Source: Candidatus Cloacimonadota bacterium (GTDB taxonomy: Bacteria > Cloacimonadota > Cloacimonadia > Cloacimonadales > TCS61). From it: a DNA stretch of 28,869 bases. The translations under genes and the position numbers were made by a program. Under the pieces are notes generated by a model. The model was not told the origin of the DNA. It did no database searches and saw only the letters and a list, made by a program, of their open reading frames with translations. Shown piece after piece: positions 25,862-28,869 of this stretch (position 1 is the first letter of the stretch; every line of letters begins with the position of its first letter). The stretch covers positions 1 through 28,869 of the forward strand of contig JAXHUB010000144.1 in the NCBI GenBank assembly GCA_034189845.1, written 5' to 3'.

Positions 25862-27778
25862 ATGCAATTCGATAAACATGGCGTCTTAAAGATGGCCAAA
25901 ATGAATTACGATAAAGATCGTCCTGAAGCCGAGAATCCGATAAAGATCCAGGATCTCAGCTTCCGAGATGGTCACCAGAGTATTTTTGCCACCCGCGGCC
26001 GTACCGAAGATATGCTGCCAGTGGCAGAGATGATGGACGAAGCCGGATTTTATTCCATGGAGATGTGGGGTGGCGCAACTTTCGATACCATGCACCGCTA
26101 CCTGAACGAAGATCCCTGGCAAAGAATTCGCACTCTGAAAAAATATATAAAGAAAACACCATTTTCCATGCTGCTGCGCGGCCAAAACCTGGTGGGCTAC
26201 AGAAACTATGCCGATGATGTGGTGGAAGCTTTTGTTCAGCGCGCCTGCGATAACGGAATAGATATTTTCCGCGTGTTCGATGCCCTAAATGATTTTAGAA
26301 ACTTTGAGACAGCTGCCAAGATAATAAAAAAGAACGGCAAACATTTCCAGGGTTCCATCTGCTATTCGCTAACAGAACCGCGCATGGGCGGCGACACCTA
26401 CAACCTGCAATATTATTTGAATAAAGCCAAGGAATTGGAAGAATTTGGCGTAGATTCTATCTGCATTAAAGATATGGCCGGTTTGGTAAGCCCCTACGAT
26501 GCTTACAACCTGGTTCGCGCCCTGAAACAACAGACCAATATTCCCATTCACCTGCATACTCACTTTACTTCGGGTATGGGCGATCTGGCCCTGCTGAAAG
26601 CTGTGGAAGCAGGCGTGGACATCATCGATACCTGTATGTCACCCTATGCTTACCGCACTTCCCATCCGGCTATCGAGCCTTTGGTTATTACCCTTTTGGG
26701 GACTAACCGCGATACCGGTATGAATGTGGAGCATCTGGCAAAAATTAGCGCTGAAATGGAAAAAATAATCCCCAAATATAAACATTTTGCCGATTCTACC
26801 AAATTCTCGATAATAGACACAAACGTTATACTACACCAAACTCCGGGCGGAATGCTTTCCAACCTGGTGAATCAATTACGCCAGATGAATTCGCTGGATC
26901 GCCTGAACGATGTATTCCACGAACTTCCTAAAGTTAGAAAAGACTTGGGACAGGTACCTCTGGTAACCCCTACCAGCCAAATCGTGGGAATTCAAACGGT
27001 GAACAATGTACTTTTCGATAAAGGAGAAGAAGAATACTCTTCCATTACCGAGCAAGTGAAAGACCTCTGCTTCGGGCTTTATGGCCGCACTACCAAGCCT
27101 ATTAATAAAAAAGTTCAGGAAAAAGCTCTGAAGAACTATCCGCGCGGACAGGAACCTATAAAATCTCGCCCTGGCGATATTCTGGAACCAGAGCTTCCTA
27201 AAATAAAAGAACAGGTAAAAGACCTGGCCAAAGATATCGATGACGAGCTGATAGTTGCCTTGTATCCAGTTACCGGCAAGCGCTTCTTGAAATGGAAATA
27301 CGGCAAAGCCGAAGTTCCCAAAGAAGCTAAGCCCAAAACTATGGAACAGGTGAAAGCCGAAGAAGAGCTGATACGCAAAGCACTCTCGGGCGAACTTACC
27401 ACCAAAGCCAAGAAAGATAAACCCGCCAACCTGCGCAATTTCGATGTTTACGTAGATGGCGAATATTTCGAGGTGGAAGTAGCTGACCCCAATGCTACTG
27501 CTATGGTAGCTGGACCCCGCCGCAAAGAGAAAAAAGCGGATGAGGACGAAGGCGGCATCGGCGCTCTGCAGGCTCCTATCCCTGGTATGATAGTGGAATA
27601 TAAGGTGAAAGAGGGCGACGAAGTACAAAAAGGCGACACTGTGGTAGTTCTGGAAGCTATGAAGATGTTCAATAATATGGAAGCACCCATCTCCGGTGTG
27701 GTAAAAGAAACAAAATTCGACGAAGGTGAATCGGTGGGTAAAGGCGATATCCTGCTGGTGATAGAACCCAAAGAATAA
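25862..27778 (+). CDS. Pyruvate carboxyltransferase-biotin carrier fusion (PycB/OadA or transcarboxylase 5S+1.3S type)
   Basis: RDGHQS, EMWGGATFD, RGQNLVGY, IKDMAG, HTH, PGGMLSN, PLVTPTSQIVG, and a C-terminal biotinyl domain APIPG...EAMKM. GGAGG RBS. Confidence 0.95.
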   Translation: MQFDKHGVLKMAKMNYDKDRPEAENPIKIQDLSFRDGHQSIFATRGRTEDMLPVAEMMDEAGFYSMEMWGGATFDTMHRYLNEDPWQRIRTLKKYIKKTPFSMLLRGQNLVGYRNYADDVVEAFVQRACDNGIDIFRVFDALNDFRNFETAAKIIKKNGKHFQGSICYSLTEPRMGGDTYNLQYYLNKAKELEEFGVDSICIKDMAGLVSPYDAYNLVRALKQQTNIPIHLHTHFTSGMGDLALLKAVEAGVDIIDTCMSPYAYRTSHPAIEPLVITLLGTNRDTGMNVEHLAKISAEMEKIIPKYKHFADSTKFSIIDTNVILHQTPGGMLSNLVNQLRQMNSLDRLNDVFHELPKVRKDLGQVPLVTPTSQIVGIQTVNNVLFDKGEEEYSSITEQVKDLCFGLYGRTTKPINKKVQEKALKNYPRGQEPIKSRPGDILEPELPKIKEQVKDLAKDIDDELIVALYPVTGKRFLKWKYGKAEVPKEAKPKTMEQVKAEEELIRKALSGELTTKAKKDKPANLRNFDVYVDGEYFEVEVADPNATAMVAGPRRKEKKADEDEGGIGALQAPIPGMIVEYKVKEGDEVQKGDTVVVLEAMKMFNNMEAPISGVVKETKFDEGESVGKGDILLVIEPKE

Positions 27779-27798
27779 ATAAGAAAAATAGAGAAGAG

Positions 27799-27830
27799 AA
27801 GGGAGCATCAAGAGGTGCTCCCTTTGTGTT
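27799..27830 (+). terminator. Rho-independent terminator
   Basis: 11-bp stem AAGGGAGCATC/GGTGCTCCCTT (one G-U pair), loop AAGA, then a T-rich tail directly after the operon. Confidence 0.75.
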
Positions 27831-27920
27831 TCCAAAAATAATTTACATTAGTTAATAATTAAAATCTTGACAGCTATTACTTTATTACAGAAAGCTAAAT
27901 AAAAAGTAAATGGGTTATTT

Positions 27921-28727
27921 ATGAAAGTTATCAAAACTCCCTGGAAAAAAGAATTTCTCAATTTAGTACAACAAACAGAAAAGACAATTAAGATCACTTC
28001 CCCATTTGTAAAAGAAAATGTATGTGATGATATCTTGAATATTAAAAAGAAAAATGTAAGATTGGACTTAATAACATCTTTTAAATTGATGAATATATAT
28101 TCGGGATCATTAGATATTGGAGGTTTAGAAAAAATATTAAAATCAAATGGAAATGTAAGAAACCTATCTAGAATACACTCTAAAATATTTATTTTTGATG
28201 ATAAAAAAGCAATTATTTCTTCTTCAAATTTAACAAATGGCGGTCTATTAAATAATTTTGAATATGGCATATATTCTGATAACATTAAAACTGTTGAAAT
28301 AGTTAAAAATGATTTTGAAGCCTTATTTCACAATGAAAATATCGGAGTAATTAGCGAAAATAATATTGTTGAAGTACGTCAATTATTGTCAAAAATGCCC
28401 AAAATAAAAAAAATCAGTATACCAATAATAAACATAGATAACCCTGAAGATAATTTTGATATAATTGATTTACCGGATGAACTTATTTCATCAACTTTGA
28501 GAGGTTGGAAGTTTGAGATTTTTATATGTCTTGAGCAAATTCCCAAAAACATCTTTAGTCTTCAAGATATTAACAAATTTGAAAATCATTTAAAATCCAT
28601 TTATCCAAATAATCATCACATTTTAGATAAAATAAGACAACAACTTCAAAAATTAAGAGATCTAGGATTACTAGAATTTTTAGGCAATGGTGTTTATCGA
28701 AAGCTGTGGACTATAAATAGAAATTAA
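27921..28727 (+). CDS. PLD-family nuclease fused to a DpnI-type winged-helix domain (probable m6A-dependent type IV restriction endonuclease)
   Basis: Single HxKxxxxD motif (IHSKIFIFD...SSSNLT). The C-terminal GW...FSLQDI..FE..L...YPNNHHILDKIRQQLQKLRD.G..EFLGNG.YR matches the DpnI/Dam-replacing winged helix. Confidence 0.85.
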   Translation: MKVIKTPWKKEFLNLVQQTEKTIKITSPFVKENVCDDILNIKKKNVRLDLITSFKLMNIYSGSLDIGGLEKILKSNGNVRNLSRIHSKIFIFDDKKAIISSSNLTNGGLLNNFEYGIYSDNIKTVEIVKNDFEALFHNENIGVISENNIVEVRQLLSKMPKIKKISIPIINIDNPEDNFDIIDLPDELISSTLRGWKFEIFICLEQIPKNIFSLQDINKFENHLKSIYPNNHHILDKIRQQLQKLRDLGLLEFLGNGVYRKLWTINRN

Positions 28728-28742
28728 AAAAGATTGTTAACT

Positions 28743-28869
28743 ATGAAATTTATAAATAAATGGGTAATTGGCAAATCAGTTTTATGTGAAGGCACTTCTA
28801 TTCCTTACATTTTTCAAAAACAATTCTTAGACAATTTGGATACCCAGGTATTAGTTGGAAATACAAAAC
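28743..28869 (+). CDS. N-terminus of an unknown protein (truncated by the window edge)
   Basis: The frame is open from ATG 28743 to the window end: MKFINKWVIGKSVLCEGTSIPYIFQKQFLDNLDTQVLVGNTK. Confidence 0.55.
   Translation, partial: MKFINKWVIGKSVLCEGTSIPYIFQKQFLDNLDTQVLVGNTK

Noticed and set aside
693-27771. Numerous 60-150 aa alternative-frame or antisense ORFs in the track (e.g. 8178-8573, 22002-22448, 27136-27438)
   Set aside because: They overlap well-supported genes almost entirely and have no RBS or recognisable motif.
26876-27835. 319-aa minus-strand ORF
   Set aside because: Antisense shadow of the GC-rich, codon-biased pycB-like gene. Phe/His/Leu-rich with no motifs.
27867-27895. 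TTGACA upstream of the PLD-wH gene as a promoter
   Set aside because: Perfect -35 box but no acceptable -10 box at 16-18 nt spacing.
27848-28285. 145-aa minus-strand ORF
   Set aside because: Antisense to the PLD-wH gene and consistent with a low-complexity AT-rich shadow.
1-28869. CRISPR arrays, tRNA/rRNA genes, intact IS elements
   Set aside because: No regularly spaced repeats, cloverleaf signatures, rRNA motifs or transposase ORFs were seen. Intergenic space is minimal outside 23425-24094.

Overview
AT-rich bacterial chromosomal window with about 27 densely packed genes. The gene content suggests an anaerobic, diderm bacterium, possibly Cloacimonadota-like (inference, not verified). (1) 1-10959 is a purine/cyclic-amide catabolic locus: a partial YgeW-type carbamoyltransferase, two tandem PLP fold-II enzymes and a three-subunit xanthine-dehydrogenase-family enzyme on +, facing a convergent - operon (thiamine diphosphokinase, allantoinase-like amidohydrolase, MocA-like, DUF364-like, XdhC, Zn-ribbon). 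(2) 11069-20809 holds housekeeping genes: a doubly frameshifted DMT transporter, queC, RqcH/NFACT, an unknown outer-membrane beta-barrel, tatD, tcdA, mscS, rmuC and add. (3) 20925-27778 covers carboxylic-acid metabolism: a two-subunit Fe-S fumarase/tartrate dehydratase, a LarA-family Ni-pincer racemase, a 670-bp non-coding gap with many hairpins, and a GC-richer operon (carboxyltransferase, 61-aa small protein, pyruvate-carboxyltransferase-biotin-carrier fusion) that looks like a transcarboxylase. (4) From 27850 a very AT-rich, defence-like segment starts with a PLD nuclease fused to a DpnI-type winged-helix domain. No rRNA, tRNA, CRISPR array or intact transposase was seen. All family calls come from motif recognition by eye, without database searches.
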